Source: a bacterium (lineage in GTDB: Bacteria; Krumholzibacteriota; Krumholzibacteriia; G020349025). From it: a stretch of 47,387 nucleotides of DNA. A model generated the notes under the pieces. That model saw only the letters and a list, made by a program, of their open reading frames with translations, was not told the origin of the DNA and did no database searches. Where the stretch lies: NCBI GenBank assembly GCA_031362565.1, contig JANLSU010000022.1:1-47387 (forward strand), in the 5' to 3' direction. The position numbers and the translations under genes were made by a program. Below, piece after piece: positions 9,801 through 19,500 of the stretch (its first letter is position 1; the number at the start of each line of letters is the position of its first letter).

Positions 9801-12690
9801 GGCTGCCAGTGTGCAAGACGCCCGTCGAGTCGACGATGGCGACTGTCGAATCAGTCGTCGCCCACGTCGACTGCGCGGTACGGTCGGCATGGGTGCCGTC
9901 GTTGAAGAAGGCAGTTGCCGTCAATCCGTAGTCAGTCGCGGGCGGCAGCGCGATCGGTGCCGGCGAGACGCGAACGCTGTCGACGACACCCACGACGGGC
10001 GGGGTGACCGAGATGGAAATGTTGTTGCTCGTGACCCCGCCGAGTGTCGCGCTGACGGATGCCGTGCCGACGGCCGCGGAACTCGCGAAGCCGTCGGTGG
10101 CCACCGTCACAATTCCGCCCGGCACGGTGTTCCAGGTCACAGTTCCGGTCACGTCGAGCAAGGGCCCGCTCGAATAGGTTCCGGCGGCATGCAGCTGCAC
10201 GCCGTCTCCGAGGGCGATTGTCGACACCGGAGGCGTCAGCGTGATGAACAGGAGCTCTGGCGGGTTGACCGTCAACGTTGCCGTGTTGCTTGTCACGCCG
10301 CCGAGCGTCGCCGTGATAGCGGCCGAACCTTCGGCAAGCGAGCGTGCGAAGCCATCGGCGTCCAGGTCTACGACTCCGGGCGGCGCAGGTGTCCAGGTGA
10401 CGACACTCGTCAAGTCGAGCGTACTGGCGTCCGTATACGTGCCCTGCGCCTGCATCTGCACCGAGAAGCCGAGCGCAACGGTGGTGTCCGTGGGACTGAC
10501 GTGAATGGAGACGAGTTCCGCCGGCGTGACGTTGGCGGTCGCGGGCGGCGACTCGATGCCGGAGAGCGTTGCCGTGATCTTCGCTGTCCCGTTCCGCACG
10601 CCTTGGATCTGGCCGGGCCCGGTGACATGGGCCACCGTCGGGTCATAACTCGCCCACGTGGCGCTCGCCGTGACCGCGACACTGTCGCCGTTCTCGTAGA
10701 TACCGTAGGCGTCATACGCTTGGGTGACGCCGGCAGGGAAGGAAGCACTGGCCGGCAGCACCCGGACGTGGACGAGTGCCGGGGGATCAACTTGCAAGCG
10801 TGCCGCGGCACTGGTCCGGCTGGCGAACGTTGCGTTCACTTGGCCCGTGCCGGTGGAGTCAGTCGTCAACACGCCCGGCTTGCCGGCGAATGTGCCCAAG
10901 GCCGGGGGGGTCACCGCCCAGGTTGCGAACTCCGAGATGTCGGCGGTGTCGCCGGTGTTGTAGGTTGCGACGGCTCGATAGGGGACGGAATGCCCGGAGG
11001 CGACCGTCGTATCGGCCGGGGTCACCGCGATGCTGGTGATCGTCCCGGTGGTTGTCCGCACGGTCCACGTGTTGCCGTCGCCGGGAACGCCGTTCGCGTT
11101 GCCTTTGGACGCCGCCTGAGTCGTGTAGCCGCGCCGGTCATGGTCGATGATCGAGGCGAAATCGTCCCCGGAGGAATTCGCAACAAGTGGCGTTCCGGCG
11201 CGGAACACGAGGTCGAGGCGCGGATCGATGCTCCCAAGTCCGACTGGCGGGCTCCAGCGCACGTCGATGACGTTGCCCAGTCCCCACACTTCGTACTCGC
11301 CGCTTGTGAGCCGGGCGTCGGTGTTGGCTGTCAGAGGCAGACCCGCCGCGCGAAGGGAATCAACGCGGGTCGGCGTGAATCCCGCCGGCACGGTGATCGT
11401 GACCCGGTTCATCCCGGTGGTCGCCGCGTCGAAGCCACCGCGAACCGTATAGACGAAGCGCTGGTTTGGCACATTGGTGAGCACGTCGTTGGGAACGATT
11501 TCGGCCGTCGCACTGACGACTGCCGGGGCGGTGTACGTGTTTGGCGGAGCCAGCACGATGACCAGGCGCGCCGCGCGGTTGGAGCCGCTTTGTGCCTCGC
11601 GCGTCGCGAACGTCACACTGCGGCCGCTGGTCGCAGATGTCGCACGCAAGAGCACGCCCTGATTGGTGCGCGTCCCGGCGATCCAGTCTGCCGCGAGCTG
11701 CCGCAAATTGATCGCGGCAAACGAAGTGCTCGCGTCGACAATGGTCGACCCCGCCAACGTTGCATCATAGTAGCCGCCCTGGACCGTCCAGTTGTTGGTG
11801 CAGTCACGAGTGTCCCACGTGGCGCCGCCCACGCACCGGGCGTCATCCTGCGTTCCCTCGGTCCAGGTTTGCCGCAGCCGGTTCACGTTGATGGTGATCG
11901 GGGCGCCGGATGCGGCAGCCGGCCAGAGTTCCAGATACGCGGCTACCACGTCGTAGCCGACCGGCACTGGCGTGAGTCCCAAGTTGAACTGGAGCAAGCC
12001 GCGGCGGTTGTCACTCGTGTCGAAGTTGACCAGCGCCGCGCCGCCGTAGTTGTTCTGGTTCCCGCCGTTGGTTCGGTGGAGATAGGTGTCCATTTGCAGT
12101 GCCGGGACGATCGCAACGGCGTTTTCGTCCTCGATCCAGGTTGGCGCGCCGTGCGCCACTTGGCGTGCCGTCAGCAAACCGCGCACGACACCCAGGTGAT
12201 GCACGGGCTGGCCGATGCTGCCCACGGCCCGCACTTGCAGATCGACGAGCGTCGTGGCACCAATCCCGAGCGCGCTGATCGACAGCCGCAACGAGTCCGC
12301 GAAGACTTTCACCCGCAGATCGGTATCGGCAATCGCGGCGCCGTTCAACGTGATGCTGTTCGGAACGTAGCGCGCGGTCGAAGCAATCGAATACACGTAG
12401 TCGATGGTGCCGACGAGCAGAAGTCCGGACTGGTTGATTTGAAGACGCGCCGTGATCGGGTCGCCGGTCGAAGCGATGACCCGGTCAGCCCCGAGTGTCA
12501 CCGTAGCGCTACCGATCACCGGCAACGCGTGGACCGGCCCACAAAGCGCCAAGGCAATCCAGGCAACCCAAGCGGGTTGGGTGATCCGGCGTCGGAAAGG
12601 GTGCCCTGGCGGACCAGCTTGGTCCACCGGGCCGCCTGGCGGCGCCCGCATCGGGAGTCGGAACTGCATCGGGCAATGTCCCACGAACAA
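3823..12690 (-). CDS. Giant secreted/surface protein: DNRLRE-like domain, 7 Big_2 Ig repeats, further repeated beta modules, C-terminal FlgD-Ig/T9SS-A-like domain
   Basis: 2955-aa ORF (true start uncertain, 12627-12690). Signal peptide ending PVHA; DTYL..NYG..RGLLQFNL (DNRLRE-like); C-terminus NYPNPF..IYTLTGDRV..WDGRNGAG..NGTYLLRL..RKLAVLR. Confidence 0.88.
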   Translation of the reverse strand: MFVGHCPMQFRLPMRAPPGGPVDQAGPPGHPFRRRITQPAWVAWIALALCGPVHALPVIGSATVTLGADRVIASTGDPITARLQINQSGLLLVGTIDYVYSIASTARYVPNSITLNGAAIADTDLRVKVFADSLRLSISALGIGATTLVDLQVRAVGSIGQPVHHLGVVRGLLTARQVAHGAPTWIEDENAVAIVPALQMDTYLHRTNGGNQNNYGGAALVNFDTSDNRRGLLQFNLGLTPVPVGYDVVAAYLELWPAAASGAPITINVNRLRQTWTEGTQDDARCVGGATWDTRDCTNNWTVQGGYYDATLAGSTIVDASTSFAAINLRQLAADWIAGTRTNQGVLLRATSATSGRSVTFATREAQSGSNRAARLVIVLAPPNTYTAPAVVSATAEIVPNDVLTNVPNQRFVYTVRGGFDAATTGMNRVTITVPAGFTPTRVDSLRAAGLPLTANTDARLTSGEYEVWGLGNVIDVRWSPPVGLGSIDPRLDLVFRAGTPLVANSSGDDFASIIDHDRRGYTTQAASKGNANGVPGDGNTWTVRTTTGTITSIAVTPADTTVASGHSVPYRAVATYNTGDTADISEFATWAVTPPALGTFAGKPGVLTTDSTGTGQVNATFASRTSAAARLQVDPPALVHVRVLPASASFPAGVTQAYDAYGIYENGDSVAVTASATWASYDPTVAHVTGPGQIQGVRNGTAKITATLSGIESPPATANVTPAELVSIHVSPTDTTVALGFSVQMQAQGTYTDASTLDLTSVVTWTPAPPGVVDLDADGFARSLAEGSAAITATLGGVTSNTATLTVNPPELLFITLTPPVSTIALGDGVQLHAAGTYSSGPLLDVTGTVTWNTVPGGIVTVATDGFASSAAVGTASVSATLGGVTSNNISISVTPPVVGVVDSVRVSPAPIALPPATDYGLTATAFFNDGTHADRTAQSTWATTDSTVAIVDSTGVLHTGSPGVALVQATFSGVTSLPCTVRVGDTAMDSLHIAPADTVVVLGATLPYRAFAHADASVYDVTNLAVWSTADTLVATAEAGGLVTTHGVGLTTVGASVGGVQALAARLQVNPATPTLVSVLPASTTLRLGRTKQMTSRATFSDGSTADVTALSTWASDAPGLLYVDGNGVATAIALGTVNVTATYAGLTSAAATVTVLPAVQVEALAAGDQSVTPGTPAALLLTLRLTNRYLDVRRLTALRAQVSGPLTALHLWRDDGDGGFDPPQDTELAMGAPSAGTWTATGLSVDLAVGTSQTLFVTGDVSMTAAAHGSTADAGVAAVGDIFWAAATALVADFPLQSAGAVHVHDFVQAQVVFQPVAAGTIVAGTTDHSVFELRLPDDGGSADSLTAFGVRQLGTARAGLEIEHLKLQSGPSPWTDVADLVHTGGGRWAASDLHLPVPVAGLWVRVIADAALGSEAGRTIQFELPLSSLDFASGRTGPVDAAWDNPNVLTLESPHTLFVSRAPITAPGIVPRASTDLAVLGLELTAVAAAPDTLRLLRLRNLASGPGGALANPNAELVRAALWSDADGNGVRSDTDPLLEAIVPLPGDSLVFGATGLLHVVLDAQPHRFLVTLTPDSLDIRDGEQLAVRVANATDVVTSGALSVQVSGALQTLDPPVIDGQSAAGYGVRPITNRILAPGSGETIALDFELPANGLEDDVLTGLQIENNGTVTASDVGVVALRHEDGDGVLGAGDALVTPLVSQGDRTWVSPTLSLPLRAGLPQRFIVTVRPATGATTGRTFEARVPAGGVTVTSGNDGPVDHELRGGGPLVFASPNQVIWVAGVVGDHTVDPDGRDRTILNLEVLNTYSQARTLVALDVATRGTAGDLEYDVWRLYADTNQNGIVDASEAPLATATANAGSVHFGSFAFDVLPLVQARLLVVYSLADGNARDASTADAAIVDANSFTYAVSGQGTTSTAAEFEINSPGLDTIDGVLARAIESRAIVPQTLGGGETNVVTLDLRVPSNGLDSDVLEALTVEFVASPTGAEFGPDIAAIRLWQESDLDPAAAHFDAATDILLRTLTPGGGALRFGGLAAPIATGGHRFYVTVDAAPAPGDGRTMQLQVPLGGLQVASANDGPIDSPVVGSTVHHMSASALLATTFVQPLRASRGQSLTVHIMARNRGSVALDSIAPLRFEAAPALPFQIESGPVPARVQLAPGVSDTLAYRIHFDAAGSTQLIAVVGRPDSSVESAPASSAGIEVQEPPTGLGVTMLSSLPALLSRGQSGIVACTWKLLHPDHGAQAAPIVVQRLAFVVEDQSGVAERASAVLSAFDIRSGNTVYAASTSPPDTSWVQVDLSTPIVLAPDEERSVTLQVAIAATATATSFRLRVVDATGVSAIDANSAAPVTIQASLPWTSQAAALRTPTPHVDAAIVALLPPRLDRGQTNIVAGRITFTVPGQPGESEVRLTQIALDVRDAAGAPLDPSTALGRLEIRSNSTILLSTSTFDTSSGRLQLPLTIPKTIASGAPEPVDVVVDILANATASSLRLELAAATDVVTRDAVSGVLVPVEPVPADPMPRTLGLATLETAAVDAIAGIVSRTPASSFPGAASVAVADVVIRDVDPVGSAAIELTQLVVRTLDDAGNGLVPRGVLRALRVRQAGVIVASAPAIPDAGAAISIPWTSPVAIAPGDSVALTLEADLVSPLEHAWVRFAFDADALRLRDANDPSRPLLPAGSLPFASDLIRIVTAPTQVALGVTTGPPANVTRGASGAALLGLQIAHPGNANQAALALSTLVVRVQDANAKPLAATSFASAARLVAAGTVVAATLAGDSLQFDLAALAPLAPAAALDFALELDIRAAPATDDVRLVIGNSALVATSGGNTLTAVGLDGRTLLYTSPTVHVLAPTVEASFSNYPNPFVAGRESTHIAFYLPADARVTAEIYTLTGDRVVRLIDGRALPAGLFDTLLWDGRNGAGQFVRNGTYLLRLQIDGPQGGRYLRKLAVLR
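9205..11042 (-). repeat. Seven ~87-aa bacterial Ig-like (Big_2) repeats within the giant protein
   Basis: Repeating pattern of the form SIxVxP..T(V/I)..G...A.(G/A)TY..G...D(V/L)T...TW.....G......G...(V/I).AT..G.TS seen seven times; boundaries approximate. Confidence 0.85.
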
Positions 12691-12873
12691 CCTCGACCAC
12701 GCTGCGCGCCGTCGCGCACGGACTCAGGCGCACCAAAGCGGTGTCCGTCGTGTGGACACTTGCACCTCGCGTTCCAAGGTGATTTGGGTTGTCGATCTGG
12801 ACATTCCCGGAAAGAAAACGGGGCGGCTGGAAACCGCCCCGTCCACTGTCGTGCTGCTCTCGATTCGAAGGCG

Positions 12874-14283
<1,410 letters not shown>

Positions 14284-14285
14284 GA

Positions 14286-15917
14286 CTACGTCCTCCCCCA
14301 GTCGAAGCTCGGCCGCTCGGGCCGGCCGTACAATTTGAGCGCGCCGCGGTCACCGACCGCGTTCGGACGCTGGAAGACCCAGTTTTGCCAGGCGGAAAGC
14401 CGCCCAAAGACTTTGCTGCCCATGCTCTCGGCGCCGGCGACGCGGAGCGACGCTTCCATGCCGGTCAGTGCATCGGGCGAGAAGCTGGCGCGTTCTTCCA
14501 TTGCGACCCGCACTTCGTCTTCGTAGTCGATCTCGTCGGCGACGAAGGTGACGATGCCGGCGTCCTCCGCGGCTTCCGGATCGTACGGGCCGCCGGCGAG
14601 AATCTCGGCGACACGCCCCGGTGTTGCCATGTGGCGTACCGCCAAGCGTGTCGGGCCGTGCGTCATGGGCAAGGCACCGCCATTCAGCGGGCTCATGGTG
14701 AAGTGCACGGGTTGCTTGGCGTCGTCGAGCGCATAGGTACGATCGGCGGCGAGCGCCAGTTCCAGCAACGAGCCGGCGAAACACGAACCCGGTTCGGCAA
14801 GCGCGAAGAAGCTGCGCGCCGTTTGATCCATGCGCCGCAGCACGCGCGCCACTTGCAGCAGGATCTCACGCGCGAACCAATCGTCACGCAGGTCCCAGAG
14901 CGCCCGGTCCCAGGCGACAACGGCGTTCGCGTCGCCGCGTGTTTCGACGACGACGAGCCCGCAGGTCGGCTCATTGAATCGCAGGTGGAGGAGTGCGGCA
15001 TCGATTTCGCGGAACACTCGCAAGCTCCAGGCTTCGGCGCCGAGGGCGCGAAGCTCGGCAGCGGTTTTGGGCGGCGCCGACGCCGGCCCGTGCACCATGA
15101 GGCGCGCTTGGCGCTTGGCGCGGTCGACTTGTACGGTGACGTAGCGATAGCGGATGGCATCCGCAGTCACTTCGGGGTCGAGCGCACTCAGTGTCACGCC
15201 CGGTCCCGCTTTGGCGGTTGCTTTGGCGGCCGCGTCCTGGGCGCGCTTCTGTACTTCCGTTTCGAACTTGCTGCGCGGGATGATCGCATCCACCAACCGC
15301 CAATCGACGGCGCGCTTGCCGCGCATGCCTTCGGCCAATGTGCAAAAGATGTCGGCGCGGTCGCGCCGCACGTGGCGTTTGTCGATGACGCGCGTCAGGC
15401 CACCGGTGCCGGGCAGGACGCCCAAGAGCGGGACTTCGGGCAAGCTCACGGCCGAGCTGCCGTCGTCCATCAGGACGATCTCATCGCAGGCGAGCGCTAG
15501 TTCGTAGCCACCGCCCGCTGTTGTGCCGTTGCAGGCGGCGATGAAACGGATGCCGCTTCCCGCGCTGGCGTCTTCGAGGCTCAGGCGCGTTTCGTTCGTG
15601 TACTTGCAAAAGTTTACTTTGAAGGCGTGGGTCGAGCTTGCCAGCATGTGGATATTGGCGCCGGCGGAGAAGACGCGGTCCTTGCCGCTCGTGATGAGAA
15701 CGGCCCGCACTTCCGGATGCTCGAAGCGCAAACGCTGCACGACGTCGGCGAGTTCGATGTCGACGCCTAAGTCGTAGGAATTGAGCTTGAGGACGTAGCC
15801 CGGGCGCAACGGCCGGTCTTCCTGCACGTCCATGACGAGCCGTGCGACGGGGCCCTCGAACGCCAGTTTCCAGTGCACGTAGCGATCGGGATGGGTCTCG
15901 AAACGAATCGGGTCCAT
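14286..15917 (-). CDS. boxC: 2,3-epoxybenzoyl-CoA dihydrolase BoxC
   Basis: FETHPDRYVHWKL, LKLNSYDLGVDIEL, KVNFCKYTNETR, AGGGYELALACD, FGRLSAWQNWVFQRPNAVG. ATG at 15917 chosen; 2-nt gap to boxB. Confidence 0.96.
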   Translation of the reverse strand: MDPIRFETHPDRYVHWKLAFEGPVARLVMDVQEDRPLRPGYVLKLNSYDLGVDIELADVVQRLRFEHPEVRAVLITSGKDRVFSAGANIHMLASSTHAFKVNFCKYTNETRLSLEDASAGSGIRFIAACNGTTAGGGYELALACDEIVLMDDGSSAVSLPEVPLLGVLPGTGGLTRVIDKRHVRRDRADIFCTLAEGMRGKRAVDWRLVDAIIPRSKFETEVQKRAQDAAAKATAKAGPGVTLSALDPEVTADAIRYRYVTVQVDRAKRQARLMVHGPASAPPKTAAELRALGAEAWSLRVFREIDAALLHLRFNEPTCGLVVVETRGDANAVVAWDRALWDLRDDWFAREILLQVARVLRRMDQTARSFFALAEPGSCFAGSLLELALAADRTYALDDAKQPVHFTMSPLNGGALPMTHGPTRLAVRHMATPGRVAEILAGGPYDPEAAEDAGIVTFVADEIDYEDEVRVAMEERASFSPDALTGMEASLRVAGAESMGSKVFGRLSAWQNWVFQRPNAVGDRGALKLYGRPERPSFDWGRT

Positions 15918-15962
15918 GCACGCTCCGAAGATTTGGGCGCGCGAGCGTCGCGCGCCGGTGCG

Positions 15963-16019
15963 GCAGTATACTGCATGTGGAGTGTCTTGCAATCGCTTCG
16001 TTGATGCACTATAGTGCAT
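15963..16019. promoter_or_regulatory. Divergent boxC/boxR promoters with two BoxR/BzdR-type palindromic operators
   Basis: Perfect palindromes GCAGTATACTGC (15963-15974) and ATGCACTATAGTGCAT (16004-16019, TGCA-N6-TGCA). Plus strand TTGCAA(15987-92)-17-TATAGT; minus strand TTGCAA-16-TATACT. Confidence 0.8.
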
Positions 16020-16022
16020 GTC

Positions 16023-16988
16023 ATGCCGAACCCCGGACGCGCCGCAAACAAGTCCAATTCTTCGCCCGGCGATCTCCTGGGTGCACTCGGCCAGCGGGTG
16101 CGTGGGGAGCGCGAGGCGCGCGGCGAAAGTCGCGCTGCGCTCGCCGCGCGCTCCGGCGTATCGCTCCGCTTCTTGGCGCAACTCGAGTCGGGGAGCGCCA
16201 ATATCTCACTCCTGCGCTTGCACGAAGTCGCGCAAGCACTCGGGCTCGGGCTGGCGCCGCTTTTGGAATCGGCGAGTGTGTCACGATCGGCCGCACCTGG
16301 AGCTGCGGCGCCGGTCACACCGGGCGGTGGTCGCTCCGTGACGCAGCGCGCGACATCTCGCGCCGCGGTCGAAGCGCTGATCGCCAGCCGCACCGAACCG
16401 GAACTGGAGGAAGTGCGCGACTGGCTCGCGGCGCGTTTTGCGACGACCGGCGGCCCGTTGGTCGCCTTGCTGGGTCTACGCGGCGCCGGCAAGAGCACCG
16501 TCGGCCATCGTCTCGCGCGCCGCCTGCGCGTGCCATTCTACGAGTTGGATGCGCTCATTGAGAGCGCCGCGGGGATTCCGCTGGCGCAGATCTTCGAATT
16601 GCAGGGCGATGCGTACTACCGCCGGCTCGAGCGCGAAACGCTGGCGCGCTTTCTGGCAACGACACCCGCCGGCGTGTTGGCCACCGGCGGCGGGCTCGTC
16701 ACCGACCCCGAGACCTACGCATTGCTTCGCCGCCGTTGCCGCACTGTTTGGCTCCGCGCCGAACCCGAACTGCATTGGCAGCGCGTGATGCGCCAGGGCG
16801 ACCGCCGTCCAATGCGCGACAATCCCGCCGCCATGCAAGAGTTGCGGGCACTGCTCGCCGCCCGCACGCCGCTCTATGCGCAGTCGCACCACACCATCGA
16901 CACGACGGGCCGCAGTGCCGTCGAAGTCGCCGCGCGGGTCGCGGCGCTTGTGCAGAAGCCACACCGGCCGGTCCAGCCAGCATCGTAG
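16023..16988 (+). CDS. boxR: BoxR/BzdR-family regulator (XRE HTH + shikimate-kinase-like domain)
   Basis: N-terminal HTH (LAARSGVSLRFLAQLESGSANIS) and C-terminal LLGLRGAGKSTVG, VLATGGG, RVMRQGDRRPM; divergent from boxCB. Confidence 0.9.
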   Translation: MPNPGRAANKSNSSPGDLLGALGQRVRGEREARGESRAALAARSGVSLRFLAQLESGSANISLLRLHEVAQALGLGLAPLLESASVSRSAAPGAAAPVTPGGGRSVTQRATSRAAVEALIASRTEPELEEVRDWLAARFATTGGPLVALLGLRGAGKSTVGHRLARRLRVPFYELDALIESAAGIPLAQIFELQGDAYYRRLERETLARFLATTPAGVLATGGGLVTDPETYALLRRRCRTVWLRAEPELHWQRVMRQGDRRPMRDNPAAMQELRALLAARTPLYAQSHHTIDTTGRSAVEVAARVAALVQKPHRPVQPAS

Positions 16989-17100
16989 CCGCCCGATCAA
17001 CGGATCTCGTGGGTTGGGTTCACGGCGATCGGCTTGCTTGTCGGACTCCGGGGGCCTATGCTTGGAACGAGTCTGCCGACTCCAAGGTCCGGAGATCACA

Positions 17101-17769
17101 ATGTCGCCGCGACACTTCTTTGCGCTCATAAGCGTGCCGCTGTGGATCGGCGTGGCCGTCACCGGCTGTAACCACCATGTGGCCGATCCGCCAATCATCA
17201 TCGGCGGCATCCAAAGCGAAGCCGAACTCATCAACCGGTTGAAGACCGCATATCAGAAACGCGACTACGACACATTCGCAACCCTCTTCCACCCCGACTA
17301 TCAATTCTTCTTGAACGAAGCCCAACCGGATGGCACCACATTGTGGGGTCTGACGGACGAACTGCGCATTCACCAGCGCATGTTTCATCCCCAAGGCACA
17401 ATCCCACCGGTGCCACCGGAATTGTGGATCGTCAGCATTGATGTCACGCTCGTCGCGCGCGACGCATTTCGCGACGTGCCTAGCGCGTATCTCGGTCCCG
17501 AGAACCCCACGGGATTCGCTCGCGAGAATTTCGCCGTGACGCAAGCGGACTACGCAGCGTCCATTTTCTTCCAAACCCAGGGTCAAACCCAATACCGCGT
17601 CGACGGTGTGGCGAGCTTCGTGGTTGTGAACGATCTCTCCAAGGTGCTGGGAGACGACGGCAAGTTTCTGATCTACCGCTGGGAAGACCTCGGGACCTTC
17701 GCGTCGTCGTCGAAGTCGCAGACGACGTGGACCGGCGTCAAATCGCTCTATCGGGTGGGAGGAATCTGA
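17101..17769 (+). CDS. Putative lipoprotein, paralog 1 (short form; possible NTF2/SnoaL-like domain)
   Basis: GGAG RBS, lipobox-like VTGC, core ELINRLKTAYQKRDYDTFATLFHPDYQF..QTQGQTQYRVDG..IYRWEDLG, tail TTWTGVKSLYR. Confidence 0.8.
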   Translation: MSPRHFFALISVPLWIGVAVTGCNHHVADPPIIIGGIQSEAELINRLKTAYQKRDYDTFATLFHPDYQFFLNEAQPDGTTLWGLTDELRIHQRMFHPQGTIPPVPPELWIVSIDVTLVARDAFRDVPSAYLGPENPTGFARENFAVTQADYAASIFFQTQGQTQYRVDGVASFVVVNDLSKVLGDDGKFLIYRWEDLGTFASSSKSQTTWTGVKSLYRVGGI

Positions 17770-18770
17770 TGTCGCGCCGAAGCGCCTTTGCACTCGCGAT
17801 TGTTCCGCTGTGGATCAACCTGGCCGTCACCGGCTGCGACCACAGCACCGGTGTGCCGGACTTCGCGCCGCCGGCAGCGATTGGCGACTTGGGTTCGTAT
17901 GGTGTGAGCTCCACGACGGTGGTCCTGCGGTGGACAGCGCCAGGGAACGATGGAACACTCGGCACCGCCGCACAGTATGATGTGCGGCATTCGCTCACGC
18001 CGATTACCGATACTTCCTGGGACGCGGCCACTCCGGTCGCCGCGGCTGACGTCCCGAGCCCGGCCGCTGCTGGGACACTCCAAGAACTCACGATCGCGGG
18101 ACTGACGCCTCACCAGGTGCATTACTTCGCCCTGCGCGCAACGGATCAAGCTGGGAATCGGGCCGCAATCTCGAACTCGATCCTTGCCGCGACCGAAGAC
18201 TGGGGACGCGCCCAAAGCGAAGTTGAACTCATCGGTCAGTTCGAGATGGCGTATCGGACCCGTGACTTCGACAAGTTTCGCCTTCTCTTCCATCCGGACT
18301 ACCGATTCTACTTGAACCAGGCGCAGCCCGATGGCACCACTTCTTGGGGTCTGACCGAGGAACTGCGGATTCACCGGCGCATGTTCCGTTCCCAGGATTC
18401 GTTCCCTGGGGAGTACCCGGTGCCGCCGGATCTGTGGCTGGTGAGCATCGATATCACGCTCAACCTACGCGGCCCGTTCCAGGACGCCCGGTCGTATTAC
18501 TTCGACCCAATTTCGAACCCCGACGGCTTCCATCGCGAGGATTTCGCAGTGACGCAGGCCGACTACGTGGCGTCGTTGTTCTTTCAGACCCAGGGCGAAA
18601 CTCAATACCGCGTCGACGGCGCCGTGAACTTCGTGGTCGTGAACGATCTCGCCAAGGCGCTGGGCGACGAGGGGAAATTTCTCATCTATCGCTGGGAAGA
18701 CTTGGGAAGCGGTCGATCGCTCACGGCCGAAGCGAAGACCTGGGGCTCCATCAAAGAGCTCTACAGCTAG
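17769..18770 (+). CDS. Putative lipoprotein, paralog 2 (FN3 + shared core domain)
   Basis: TGATG overlap with paralog 1; VTGC lipobox; FN3 (LRWTAPGNDG..YDVRHS..YFALRATD.AGN); same core; tail KTWGSIKELYS. Confidence 0.85.
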   Translation: MSRRSAFALAIVPLWINLAVTGCDHSTGVPDFAPPAAIGDLGSYGVSSTTVVLRWTAPGNDGTLGTAAQYDVRHSLTPITDTSWDAATPVAAADVPSPAAAGTLQELTIAGLTPHQVHYFALRATDQAGNRAAISNSILAATEDWGRAQSEVELIGQFEMAYRTRDFDKFRLLFHPDYRFYLNQAQPDGTTSWGLTEELRIHRRMFRSQDSFPGEYPVPPDLWLVSIDITLNLRGPFQDARSYYFDPISNPDGFHREDFAVTQADYVASLFFQTQGETQYRVDGAVNFVVVNDLAKALGDEGKFLIYRWEDLGSGRSLTAEAKTWGSIKELYS

Positions 18771-18811
18771 AGGCACAATGCCGTCCTCCTCCTGGCCGAC
18801 CGGAGATCGCA

Positions 18812-19489
18812 ATGGCGCCGAGACAGTTCCTTGCGCTGGTATGCGTTTCTCTATGGAGCAGCGTGGCCGTTACCGGTTGCCGCAACCCAGACTCTCCACT
18901 CATTGTGTGCAAATCCTGTTGGCAGGCGGCGGCTCGAAACGAAGATGAACTCATCGGCCAGTTGAAAGCGGCGTACCAGCACCGTGATTACGATTCGTTC
19001 GGCGAAGCCTTGCACCCGGGGTACCAATCTGATTTCAGTCGACCAGACGGCACCACGAGCTGGGGTCTGACGCAAGAGCTGCGTATTCACCGCCGGATGT
19101 TCCGTCCAGAAGACGTGCGGCCGGACGAACATCCCGTGCCGCCCGACTTGTACCTCGCGAGCGTCGACATCACGCTCACGGCACGCGATTCGTTTCGGGA
19201 CGCGACCGCGTACTACTTCGACCCCGTCACGAATCCGGGTGGTTTCCATCGCGAGAGTTTCACGGTCACCCAGGCGGTCTACCAGGCGAGCGTGTTCTTT
19301 CAAACCCAGGGCGAAACGCAATACCGCGCCGACGGCGCCGAGACCTTCGTGGTCGTGAACGATCTCTCGAAGCCGGTGGGTGCCTCCGGGAAGTTCCTCC
19401 TTTATCGCTGGCAAGAGTGGGGGAACGGTAAATCGTCCGCACGGCAGAACACGTCATGGGCCAGTGTGAAAATGCTCTATGGCGACTAA
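18812..19489 (+). CDS. Putative lipoprotein, paralog 3 (short form)
   Basis: Leader cggagatcgcaATG nearly identical to paralog 1 (cggagatcacaATG); VTGC lipobox; same core; tail TSWASVKMLYGD. Confidence 0.8.
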   Translation: MAPRQFLALVCVSLWSSVAVTGCRNPDSPLIVCKSCWQAAARNEDELIGQLKAAYQHRDYDSFGEALHPGYQSDFSRPDGTTSWGLTQELRIHRRMFRPEDVRPDEHPVPPDLYLASVDITLTARDSFRDATAYYFDPVTNPGGFHRESFTVTQAVYQASVFFQTQGETQYRADGAETFVVVNDLSKPVGASGKFLLYRWQEWGNGKSSARQNTSWASVKMLYGD

Positions 19490-19500
19490 GAGGGGGAACG

